Counted from the stretch's first letter, positions 19,910-27,718 are shown. The stretch: 64,000 nucleotides of DNA from an uncultured delta proteobacterium (GCA_963737265.1 CAVTRY010000013.1:352001-416000); one strand, 5' to 3'. The notes: a model not told the origin generated them from the letters alone. Program-made: numbers and translations.

Positions 19910-20325
19910 ACATCATCGTCGATACCTCGGTCTGGTCGCTTGCGCTTCGCAGACAGCGCTCATCGCATAGCGCCGAGACGCAGGAACTTGCCGAGTTGGT
20001 GCGGGAGGGCCGGGCGGCCATGCTGGGAGCTGTCAGGCAGGAACTCCTCTCGGGCGTCCGAGCGGATCAGCAGTTCGAAACGCTGCGCAATCATCTTCGT
20101 GCGTTCCCGGACGTCCCTTTGGAGGCTGAGGACTACGAGGAGGCCGCCTCCTTCTTCAACAAATGCCGAGCAAAGGGGATCCAGGGCTCCCACACAGACT
20201 ACCTCATCTGCGCCGCCGCCACCCGTCGAGGATTCGGCATCCTGACGACGGATACGGACTTGGCGAACTTCGCGCGCGTGCTCCCGATCGAACTCCACAC
20301 CCCGCGCGCGTCGGTGACTGGCTAA
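19906..20325 (+). CDS. vapC: VapC PIN-domain toxin (inverted cassette)
   Basis: IIVDTSVW, QELL, TDYLI, TTDTD; stop codon lies inside the attC R' box. Confidence 0.92.
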   Translation: MNIIVDTSVWSLALRRQRSSHSAETQELAELVREGRAAMLGAVRQELLSGVRADQQFETLRNHLRAFPDVPLEAEDYEEAASFFNKCRAKGIQGSHTDYLICAAATRRGFGILTTDTDLANFARVLPIELHTPRASVTG

Positions 20326-20340
20326 CGCCTTGCCGTTAAT
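20320..20340 (-). repeat. attC remnant (L' and R' half)
   Basis: Minus strand TTAACGGCAAGGC-GTTAGCC. Confidence 0.7.
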
Positions 20341-20760
20341 TCTCATACCAGAGCGCGGCCTCGATGATATCGAGTTCGGCTCCGCCCGAATCTCGATGGG
20401 CTTCATCTGGTTGGAGCACGCAGCAGTGACCGCATCTCATCGCGGATGCACGCTCCATCGTCTTTCAGACGAACAGCGCTTCGGTCTCTCTCCCCCAGAA
20501 AGCAGGAATGCCAGGATGGCCGGCCTGTTTGACCTGGCATCCGCTGGTATTTTGGCGACCGCCAGCTGAGCACGCCGGCTCTTCGGCTCTTCGAATATTT
20601 GTGAAATCGGATCCGCACGCAGCCAGGCCACCAGCAATCGCCGCGCTTGGGCCACCGAATGAAGGTGCCTCGTCGTTGCCAGACGTGATCAACCACGGTC
20701 AAGACGTCACCGGGAACTTCAGCACGCATCTTCTTCAGCCAGTTCAAGCGATGTCTCCTC
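20341..20760 (-). pseudogene. Mosaic cassette remnant: unknown ORF fragment plus partial copy of the antitoxin/parE junction at 25016-25120
   Basis: RDEMRSLLRAPTR*/MKPIEIRAE...AALWYE mirrors cassette 1. Confidence 0.7.
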
Positions 20761-20766
20761 AAATCT

Positions 20767-20824
20767 GTCGAACGCTATGCCGTTAAGCTGCGGGCGGCCG
20801 TCCGCGGCCGACCGTCTGTTAGAC
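20767..20824 (-). repeat. attC lacking its L'' box
   Basis: Minus strand GTCTAAC-AGACGGTCGGCCGC...GCAGCTTAACGGCATAGC-GTTCGAC. Confidence 0.75.
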
Positions 20825-20865
20825 GTCACCTTTCGCATTTCGGTCCAGATCAGGAACCTGCGGCG

Positions 20866-21162
20866 TCACGACGCTCGACGAACACGTTCCCGCCGGATGC
20901 GCTCGTTGAGATAGACCTTCATCAGGGACTGGTAGGGGACATCCTGCTTGTTCGCCAAGGCTTTGAGTTCCTCGATCATCGAAATCGGAAGCCGCAGAGA
21001 GATAGCGGTCGTTGACGGTTTCAAGTTGGGAAAGGTCGGCTGCACGGCCTTGCTCCAATCGAAGGAGTCCGTGACATCGTGCTCGGCCCAGTATTTCCGC
21101 TCCGCGTCCTCGCTTGCGAAGTGAGGGACGGATACTTTGCTTCTTTTAGGTCGCTTGTTCAT
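20866..21162 (-). CDS. brnA: BrnA/CopG-family antitoxin
   Basis: VPHFASEDAERKYWAEHD, ISLRLP, DVPYQSLMK. Confidence 0.88.
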   Translation of the reverse strand: MNKRPKRSKVSVPHFASEDAERKYWAEHDVTDSFDWSKAVQPTFPNLKPSTTAISLRLPISMIEELKALANKQDVPYQSLMKVYLNERIRRERVRRAS

Positions 21163-21454
21163 ATAGACCCCGTTCTCTTCGACTCATGTCTCGGGCGGAG
21201 ATGACCCTCACCAAATTTTCTCGAACCGTGAAAACGATCGCGAGTAGGCGGTCGGCGTCGGTCTTTCCAAGGGCCGCCAGGCGAATCTCTCTTTCGGAAT
21301 GCTTGTCGTCCGATGCCACGACGAGCGGTCGGTTGAAGAACGTCTCCTCCGCTTCCGCCCTCGATACATGATGGAGTTCCCAGTTCTTGTTCGCGTTGCC
21401 CTCATCCCACTGAAACCCAACGCAATGTGCGAGAATCTCAGGGAAGCCAGTCAT
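21146..21454 (-). CDS. brnT: BrnT toxin (DUF497)
   Basis: FQWDEGNANKN..H...VFTVRENLVRVISARDM. Confidence 0.92.
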   Translation of the reverse strand: MTGFPEILAHCVGFQWDEGNANKNWELHHVSRAEAEETFFNRPLVVASDDKHSEREIRLAALGKTDADRLLAIVFTVRENLVRVISARDMSRRERGLYEQAT

Positions 21455-21524
21455 CCGGTCATGTATATACCAAGCATATACATCTGGCAAGACATCGTGC
21501 ATCACCATCGCGCTGGGCGTGTAC

Positions 21525-21564
21525 GTCTAACGCCTTGCCGTTAAGCTTCAACGGCTTGTTCGGC
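21525..21564 (-). repeat. attC with central deletion (40 bp)
   Basis: Minus strand GCCGAAC-AAGCCGTTGAAGCTTAACGGCAAGGC-GTTAGAC. Confidence 0.75.
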
Positions 21565-21570
21565 GGCGGC

Positions 21571-21918
21571 CTACCGCCCAAGCATCACATCCACTCCGGA
21601 TAGCACAAGCTCCAGTTTTGCCTTGGGCAACTTGCCCACTCGCGCTGTCAGCTCAGACTTGTCGAGAGTCACGATCTGCGAGACGTTCGCCACCGATTCC
21701 TTGGGAAGCCCGGTCGCGCTCTCAGAAAGAAGGACGTTCCCCGGGGCTGACGCCCACTTCACGTTGCTCGTAAAGGTAACACAAACGGCAGTCGCGATTC
21801 GACTACGGTTCAAAGGATCACCTTGAATCACCAGAACTGGTCTGCGAAAACCTGGCTTCGATCCGCGCGGTTCACCAAGATCCGCCCACCACACCTCTCC
21901 CTGAGAGACCGTCACCAC
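21571..21918 (-). CDS. mazF: MazF/PemK toxin
   Basis: QGEVWWADL...GFRRPVLVIQ...ESVANVSQIVTLDK. Confidence 0.93.
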   Translation of the reverse strand: MVTVSQGEVWWADLGEPRGSKPGFRRPVLVIQGDPLNRSRIATAVCVTFTSNVKWASAPGNVLLSESATGLPKESVANVSQIVTLDKSELTARVGKLPKAKLELVLSGVDVMLGR

Positions 21919-22148
21919 TCGCTGCGCTCCAGCGTACGCCGGGCAGCTCGCGGCGCAAATCCATCAGCTGGCTCCTTCACGTCGTCGAGAACACGATTCA
22001 TCGCCTCCGTTACGCTGTCCGGCGCGTGGCGCGCGACGTACTCGCTGAGTGCACACGAGTACACCTCGCTTCTCGACCGCTTCGCCCGGTGGGCGAGGGT
22101 CTCAGCCCTCTCAAAGATGTCGTCTGGAATGGAAACCGCCGTCTTCAT
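21912..22148 (-). CDS. RHH antitoxin cognate to MazF
   Basis: MKTAVSIPDDIFERAE...SRSEVY; ends in EW and overlaps the toxin. Confidence 0.88.
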   Translation of the reverse strand: MKTAVSIPDDIFERAETLAHRAKRSRSEVYSCALSEYVARHAPDSVTEAMNRVLDDVKEPADGFAPRAARRTLERSEW

Positions 22149-22154
22149 ACTCGC

Positions 22155-22182
22155 AGTATAACCCGGTATAACCTTCGGTCAA
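22155..22182 (-). promoter_or_regulatory. Leaderless mazEF promoter/operator
   Basis: TTGACC-N16-TATACT ending 6 nt before the ATG; GGTTATAC direct repeat overlapping it. Confidence 0.7.
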
Positions 22183-22201
22183 CCCTCACTGCATCACGTC
22201 C

Positions 22202-22261
22202 GCCCAACGCTTTGCCGTTAAGCGGCGGGCCAAGCCCGTCCGCTGCAATGACTTGTTAGGC
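22202..22261 (-). repeat. Intact attC (60 bp)
   Basis: GCCTAAC-AAGTCATTGCAGCGGACGGGC-TTG-GCCCGCCGCTTAACGGCAAAGC-GTTGGGC; stop TAA inside R''; extrahelical bases present. Confidence 0.92.
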
Positions 22262-22492
22262 TGCGCCCCGCCGGAGGGAGCGAACGGAAACCAGATCCTC
22301 GTCCATGACATTTCGGACGTCACCCTCGTGAAGCGTCACCAGCGCCTGGGTCCGGCCCGATGCAGTCACAAACTCCACGTCGAGTCCATCCGGATCATAC
22401 GTGCCCACGACAGCGCCCAGATCCCCGCATCGCAGACCGTCGCCTGGAAGGTCCCGAATCAAAACTACCGTGTCGAGTTCTTTGAACTTCAT
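22256..22492 (-). CDS. DUF4926-family protein
   Basis: FKELDTVVLIRDLP..GL..GDLGAVV...VEFVTASGRT. Confidence 0.85.
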   Translation of the reverse strand: MKFKELDTVVLIRDLPGDGLRCGDLGAVVGTYDPDGLDVEFVTASGRTQALVTLHEGDVRNVMDEDLVSVRSLRRGAA

Positions 22493-22827
22493 GACGTCTC
22501 ACCCGGAAATGCTGTGACAAATCTCGGAAAGCTCTCGCCAGTCCGCACCATCCAGACCGTTACTGTTTCTGCGCCCCGTCCAGATGGCCCGACAAGCATA
22601 CCACGCACCTCGTACTTTTCCCCGAACGCACTGGGCTGGCCCTCGGTGGCGGTCCCGGATCGGCAAAGCGTGAGGAGGTCGGCCTGCAGCCGCGACCAGT
22701 CAGACCGTTCGTAGCCGAGTGACCGAAAGAAGACGGCCTTGAATCGACCAACCGGATGCTCGGGCGACAACAGGTAGTCGCGAACTTTCGCGATGTCGAT
22801 GGATGCATGCTCGGCTCCCGGTATCAT
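22489..22827 (-). CDS. DUF6883-family protein
   Basis: KVRDYLLSPEHPVGRFKAVFF..LGY...FGEKY...TVW...PRFVTAFP. Confidence 0.82.
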   Translation of the reverse strand: MIPGAEHASIDIAKVRDYLLSPEHPVGRFKAVFFRSLGYERSDWSRLQADLLTLCRSGTATEGQPSAFGEKYEVRGMLVGPSGRGAETVTVWMVRTGESFPRFVTAFPGETS

Positions 22828-22976
22828 TTCCAATTTCCCTCAAGCCAGCCTAACGCTTTGCCGTTCAGCGGCGGGCGCCGAAGGCGACCGTCAGTCAGCT
22901 AAAGGTAGTTGCAAATGGAAACGGGGACGTCCCAAAAGTGCCGAAGTCCGAAACCATGACGAAGGATGTCATCCCC

Positions 22977-24245
22977 ATGAAGAAGCGTATCTATCGCAGA
23001 ATGCCCGTCAATGATTTTCAACCACAAAGCATCTCGCCCGCCGACCTGGGCGGCAAGCTGGTCCTCGCCATCGATGTCGCCAAGGTCGACATGGTTGCAG
23101 CGTTCGCTGGCGCCGACGGGCGTGTGCTGCACACCATCTCTTGGAAAGCCCCAGAGCAGAACCCCACGGTGCTCTCCATCCTGCGCGGCTACCGCACCGC
23201 CGGCATCATCGTCGAAGCCGTCATGGAGCCTTCCGGAACCTACGGCGATGTGCTTCGCCACCAGCTCGAACAGGACCGCTTTCCGATCTTCATGGTCAGC
23301 GGCAAGCGCACCCACGATGCGAAGGAAATCTTCGACGGCGTGCCCAGTCTTCACGACGCCAAGGCTGCCGCCATCATCGCCAGGCTGCACGCCGACGGCC
23401 TTTCCACCCGCCTGCCTGACGAAGTCCCAGAACGTCGGCAGCTCAAGGCAGCACTGGCCATCATGGATCTGCACCAGGAGCGCTACCTGCAGCTCGTGCA
23501 TCGCTTGGAAAGCTGGCTCGCTCGCCACTGGCCCGAGTTGCCCAGCCTGCTTGATTTGACCTCGGCATCGCTTATGGCGCTGGTCGCGCGTATCGGCGGT
23601 CCTGCCGATGTCGCCGCTGCCCCGGACAAGGCGACGAAGCTCCTTCGTGGTATCAGTCACAGGCTGATTGCCGACGACGACGTTGCTGCCGTTGTCGCCT
23701 CGGCCAGCACCTCCGTCGGCGTCCCGATGGTCGGGCTTGAACGCGACGCTTTGATGGTAATCGCCGAAGAGGCCTATGACGCCCACCGGGCCTTCAGCAC
23801 GGCCAAGACGAAAGTCGAAAAACTCGCCGCCACCACGCCCGCCGCCGCGCTTGCCCCCGTCGTCGGCCGCACCACCGCTGCCGCCATCTTCGCCGAGGTC
23901 GGTGATGCACGATCGTACTCGTGTACACGCGCTTTCCTCAAAGCCATGGGCCTCAACCTCAAGGAGAAAAGCAGCGGTACCATGCACGGTCAGATCAAGA
24001 TCACCAAGCGTGGTCCATCCCGCGTACGCCAGCTACTCTGGCTCGCCATCTTCCGCTGGATTCAGGATGATCCCATCGCCAACGCCTGGTACCAGCGCAA
24101 AAAGCAACGAGACGGCGGCCGAGCCTCGCGAGCTGCCGTCGCGCTGATGCGCAAGCTGGCCAAGGGGCTGTACCACGTCGGTCGCGGTGGCACCTTTGAT
24201 AGCAGCAAGCTCTTCGACACACGCCGTCTGCAGGTGACGACGTAG
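22977..24245 (+). CDS. IS110-family transposase/recombinase
   Basis: LAIDVAK, MEPSGTY, HDAKAA (RuvC-like); GLNLKEKSSG...ITKRG (Ser-containing C-domain); start could be 22956. Confidence 0.92.
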   Translation: MKKRIYRRMPVNDFQPQSISPADLGGKLVLAIDVAKVDMVAAFAGADGRVLHTISWKAPEQNPTVLSILRGYRTAGIIVEAVMEPSGTYGDVLRHQLEQDRFPIFMVSGKRTHDAKEIFDGVPSLHDAKAAAIIARLHADGLSTRLPDEVPERRQLKAALAIMDLHQERYLQLVHRLESWLARHWPELPSLLDLTSASLMALVARIGGPADVAAAPDKATKLLRGISHRLIADDDVAAVVASASTSVGVPMVGLERDALMVIAEEAYDAHRAFSTAKTKVEKLAATTPAAALAPVVGRTTAAAIFAEVGDARSYSCTRAFLKAMGLNLKEKSSGTMHGQIKITKRGPSRVRQLLWLAIFRWIQDDPIANAWYQRKKQRDGGRASRAAVALMRKLAKGLYHVGRGGTFDSSKLFDTRRLQVTT

Positions 24246-24271
24246 CCATGGTGGTGTTGGAACGACCCATG

Positions 24272-24605
24272 TTGAACATTCTGGATTTCCGAAGGGTGAC
24301 CTTCTGTTGAAGCGTATCTCTGCCATGTGCAAGAGCGCCGTCTGTCTTGAGGCACCCCGAGGATTTTTGATCTGACCCTGTCCATCTTGGTCAGACCCAC
24401 TTGCAGAAAAGGAGCAAACAACCAAAGCAAACCAATTCCTTGAACGTGTGAGATATCCGACGGGTGACCTCCTGTTGAAGCTCATCTCTGCCTTGTGCAA
24501 GAGCGCTGTCTGTTTCGAGGCACCCTGAGGATCCATCGACCTGACCCAATCTCCGTTGCAAGCTGACTCGATGCCGGCCCTCGCGGACATCCTACTGGAG
24601 CGTTT
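24272..24605 (+). ncRNA. Putative bridge/seek RNA with two tandem target-binding modules and one donor-binding loop
   Basis: About 107-bp direct repeat with 168-bp period; each copy folds stem-internal loop-stem with loop segments matching the attC target; a downstream segment matches the IS end junction. Confidence 0.7.
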
Positions 24606-24788
24606 CGTTTACCCAGGCCGATTGCCGCCCGATCTCTCGCCCGCTCAATCCGCTTCGCGTACCAGATCCTTTCCACCGCATCTTTCAGACTGCGGAACGG
24701 ATCTCGTGTGCCCAGACGACCCCGATCACTCCCTGTTCTTTTTACTTGCACTGCCTACGAGCGCTGCAACGGCTTGTTCGGCGGCACC

Positions 24789-25082
24789 TCACCGCCGATG
24801 CTTCCAAACCTCGGGATCGCGATGAAGATGGATGACACCAAAGAGTATGATCTTGTCGAACTCGTCGACGAAGTACAAACCGTAGGGGAAGCGCCCGACC
24901 TTTGCCATGCGCATCCCCACTTCTCTCTCCTGAAACATGAGCGGATTCTCAGCAATTCGAGCAACCGCCCTTTCAACCTCAAGCGAGAACTCCGCCCCGA
25001 ATCCTTCGCGTTCGTTCTCATACCAGAGCGCGGCCTCGATGACATCAAGCTCGGCTTCCGCCCGAATCTCGACGGGCTTCAT
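24789..25082 (-). CDS. ParE/RelE-family toxin
   Basis: AELDVIEAALWYENEREGFG...RFPYGLYF...HLHRDP. Confidence 0.9.
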   Translation of the reverse strand: MKPVEIRAEAELDVIEAALWYENEREGFGAEFSLEVERAVARIAENPLMFQEREVGMRMAKVGRFPYGLYFVDEFDKIILFGVIHLHRDPEVWKHRR

Positions 25083-25324
25083 CTGGTTGGAGAACGCAGG
25101 ATCGATCGCATCTCATCGCGAAACTCGCTCCACGGGCGAGAACTACCCTTGCCCGAACGATACGCTGCAAGACGTTCCGCCAGAATCTTTCGGTGCCAGT
25201 CCGGCACCGGAATCTGCTCGGGTTTCGACACGACGCGAGCCCAAAGAGCCTCAAGGTAGTCGAGCTTTTCCTCGACGGAAAGTTCGTCGAATCCGGGAGG
25301 GGCAGTGATGGGGACCGATGCCAT
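25079..25324 (-). CDS. Addiction-module antitoxin component
   Basis: LSVEEKLDYLEALW...PDWHRKILAERL...PWSE; ATGA overlap with the toxin. Confidence 0.88.
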   Translation of the reverse strand: MASVPITAPPGFDELSVEEKLDYLEALWARVVSKPEQIPVPDWHRKILAERLAAYRSGKGSSRPWSEFRDEMRSILRSPTR

Positions 25325-25393
25325 GGAGGAAGTATACCTCCGATGCGGCCTTTGGACAGCCGCTTGTGTGGGCCGGTCACCACGCGCGTGTCC

Positions 25394-25412
25394 GTCGAAC
25401 TTACTATTAGCC
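25394..25412 (-). other. attI-like site
   Basis: GGCTAAT-AGTAA-GTTCGAC: degenerate L box, 5-bp spacer and GTT core, same geometry as attI1 (CCCTAAA-ACAAA-GTT); lies ahead of the first cassette with no attC hairpin. Confidence 0.6.
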
Positions 25413-25633
25413 TGCAAAGAGTACCCCAATATTTCTGCGAGCGTCTCGCAAGCTTTCAGGCGCGGACGGAGACGGTCTGCCCGTGACTTCGCGGGGTTCG
25501 ACTTCGGGGAGGTTTGCCATTCCACTGCTGGCGCCTCGGATTGGCGTGCGCGCAAGCTTGATAAGACGATAACAAAACGCTGCCAGGCAGCTGGATATCA
25601 CCGGTCGAGGGGGCTGCGAACGCCGCAGGCACT

Positions 25634-25978
25634 GAAGCTACGTGGTAGGTGGCTTCGGTGAACGTGTACGTTGACCCAAGCCACGTTGCATGGGGCTTCG
25701 CTGGACGTATACGTTCGCCAAGCCTACGTCGTACGGGGCTTTCGTGGACCGACGCGTTGGAAGAAGCCGCGTTGGACGTGGCTTCGCTGGACGCATACGT
25801 TCGCCAAGGCTGCGTGGGACGTGGCTTCGCTGGACGTATACGTTCGCCAAGGCTGCGTGGGACGGGGCTTTCGTGGACCGCCGCGTTGGGAAAGGCTGCG
25901 TGAGACGCGGCTTTGCTGGACGTATACGTTGGCCGAGGCTGCTTGGTACGGGGCTTTCGTGGACCGACGCGTTGGGCG
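25634..25978. repeat. Tandem array of 8 x about 43-bp double-hairpin units
   Basis: Unit AAGGCTGCGTGGGACGTGGCTTCGCTGGACGTATACGTTCGCC with two variants in order AABAABAB. Confidence 0.9.
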
Positions 25979-26089
25979 GGGACGTCTACGGCCACGACCA
26001 CCCTTCGTCGCCCTGCCAGGCGAGAGAATTGGCCTTGGAATGGTGCCTTCAGCCCGGCGCCCCGCGATGTCGCTGCGCTTGTCGCGGGA

Positions 26090-26824
26090 TTACGGGGCAG
26101 GCGCCGGAGGTGTTGGCTTGGGGCTGTTGCTCCACCGATCGTCGGCCTTTTGCATGGCTTCGCGCAAGGGGGCGAAGAGCAGGGCGTCGTCCGCGGGGTT
26201 GATCCCGGCGTTCTCGGCGGTGGTCACGAGGATCTTGGTCCAGCGGATCCATTCGCGACGGGCGGCCTGGGTTTGCGCCGCCAAGGTCTTCGAGGGGTGT
26301 TTGAGCAGCGCACGCTTTTCTTCCACGGCTCCCATTTGCGTGGAGACGCTCTGCCACTGGTTGTACAGATCGAACATGGTCGAATCGCCCAATGGCAGCG
26401 ACTTCAGGAACGTGAGCTGGTCGTCGGTCATGGCGGCGGCCACGGCGGCGGCGTGACCGGCCTCGGCCAAGTGGCTCTTGTTGTTGTGGCTCAATCCCAG
26501 CGGGAAAAGTTGGTTGCGCAAGCTCCGCACCTGGTCGCCGTTCTTCGCCAGCTTCGCCAGCGTGGTCAGTGCGCCGAACATCCCGCGCAGCAGATCGTCG
26601 TGCTGAATATCGAGCTGCTTGCCTTGCAGGGTGAGCTGCTGGATTTCGGGATCGCTCGATTGGGCAGCCACGGCCACAATGGCCGCGTGCACCTGTTCCA
26701 GCGTGGGCAAGAGAGGCGCCATCATGGGCGTCTTCTCAATCACCGCCCGCGCCGCGCTTTCCGTTGTGACCCACGCCTTCGAGACCTCACTCATCTCCGC
26801 CTCGTCCAACTTTCGTTCGTCCAT
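26090..26824 (-). CDS. Hypothetical alpha-helical protein
   Basis: Strong RBS (GGAGGTAGGAGG), coding-like codon use; no motif recognised. Confidence 0.8.
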   Translation of the reverse strand: MDERKLDEAEMSEVSKAWVTTESAARAVIEKTPMMAPLLPTLEQVHAAIVAVAAQSSDPEIQQLTLQGKQLDIQHDDLLRGMFGALTTLAKLAKNGDQVRSLRNQLFPLGLSHNNKSHLAEAGHAAAVAAAMTDDQLTFLKSLPLGDSTMFDLYNQWQSVSTQMGAVEEKRALLKHPSKTLAAQTQAARREWIRWTKILVTTAENAGINPADDALLFAPLREAMQKADDRWSNSPKPTPPAPAP

Positions 26825-26978
26825 CACAGTCCTCCTACCTCCAATAAGTTGATACGGCACCGATCCGCCCGGACCGGTCCCCTTGGGTCGGGCGGCAGGC
26901 TACGATTTGCTTTTCGTCAAAATGGCAACGGTACTGTGACGGATCTTGATGCGTTTCACGGGTAGTCTCCCGCGAGCC

Positions 26979-27698
26979 ATGCAGTTCTCACGACCGGGCC
27001 TTCGCGCCCACACAGTCCTTGCGTTGTTGGTTCTCCTCAGTGCTTGCAAGAAAGGCGCGCCTCTACCCGCGGCACCCGCGCTTCGGGCCGAGCTGCCACC
27101 GCCCGAAGTCAGCCGGGATTCGGCGCTGCTGTTCACCTACGTCGAGGCGAACGGAATGTTCGCCACGAGCGAACAGGCAGAGAAGGTGCCCGAGGTGGGC
27201 CGGCGAGTGGTAAGGATCATGGGACAGGGCAGGGGCGAGGTTCAACGGCGGAACAATGCCAATGTCGAGGTCATCGACCTGCGCGACTTGCTCGTCAAGG
27301 GAAAGACACTGCCGCGGGTGATGTCGCGCGAGGAATTCGAGAGCCGCGCGCTGGCGCAGTTGCCGCCGGGCGATTCCTGCTCGCTGTCCGAGCCGCACGG
27401 CCCGCCGTTGGCCGAAGAGCCGGGTCGGGCGGGGCCCCCGGATGAACCGCCCATCGCGATCCTCTATGGCACGCGCTGGTGCAAGGCCTGCAAGGCGGCA
27501 CGCCGGTACCTGGTCTCCAACCTCATTCCCTTCGCCTCGAGGGACGTCGAGAAGGATCCTTCCGCCGCCCGCGAGCTAAAAGCGAAAGCCTTGCCCTTCG
27601 GGATTACGGCCGATCGCGTGCCCATCCTCGATGTGCGAGGTCGCCTGTTGGTCGGATTCGACGAGACGCGAATGAATGGGCTGCTGGCCGACTGGTAG
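26979..27698 (+). CDS. Glutaredoxin/NrdH-like domain lipoprotein
   Basis: Lipobox LSAC; YGTRWCKAC, RDVEKD, VPILDV..R..VGF. Confidence 0.85.
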   Translation: MQFSRPGLRAHTVLALLVLLSACKKGAPLPAAPALRAELPPPEVSRDSALLFTYVEANGMFATSEQAEKVPEVGRRVVRIMGQGRGEVQRRNNANVEVIDLRDLLVKGKTLPRVMSREEFESRALAQLPPGDSCSLSEPHGPPLAEEPGRAGPPDEPPIAILYGTRWCKACKAARRYLVSNLIPFASRDVEKDPSAARELKAKALPFGITADRVPILDVRGRLLVGFDETRMNGLLADW

Positions 27699-27718
27699 AG
27701 CTTCTCGCAAAAAGGAGT

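Larger units (their letters stand above)
22895..24763 (+). mobile_element. IS110-superfamily element, IS1111-type organisation
   Basis: No target duplication beyond one shared G; imperfect subterminal IR AGGTAGTTGCAA / TTGCACTGCCT; short left end, about 520-bp right non-coding end. Confidence 0.88.
22848..24782 (-). repeat. attC (66 bp when rejoined) split by the IS element
   Basis: 22848-22894 plus 24764-24782 rejoin to GCCGAAC-AAGCCGTTGCAGCTGACGGTCGCCTTCGGCGCCCGCCGCTGAACGGCAAAGC-GTTAGGC. Confidence 0.88.
18580..25412 (-). mobile_element. Integron cassette array (attI-like site plus attC sites; no intI in window)
   Basis: Repeated attC-type boundaries (RYYNAAC...GTTNRRY) directly after stop codons, separating small TA and other cassettes. 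Confidence 0.88.

Noticed and set aside
24272-24547. CRISPR or protein-coding repeat
   Set aside because: Only two long imperfect copies inside an IS end; overlapping ORFs lack motifs; better explained as a guide RNA
25634-25978. CRISPR array
   Set aside because: Units abut with no unique spacers and there are no cas genes in the window
25413-27000. Integron integrase next to the attI-like site
   Set aside because: I found no tyrosine-recombinase R-H-R-Y motifs in the listed ORFs
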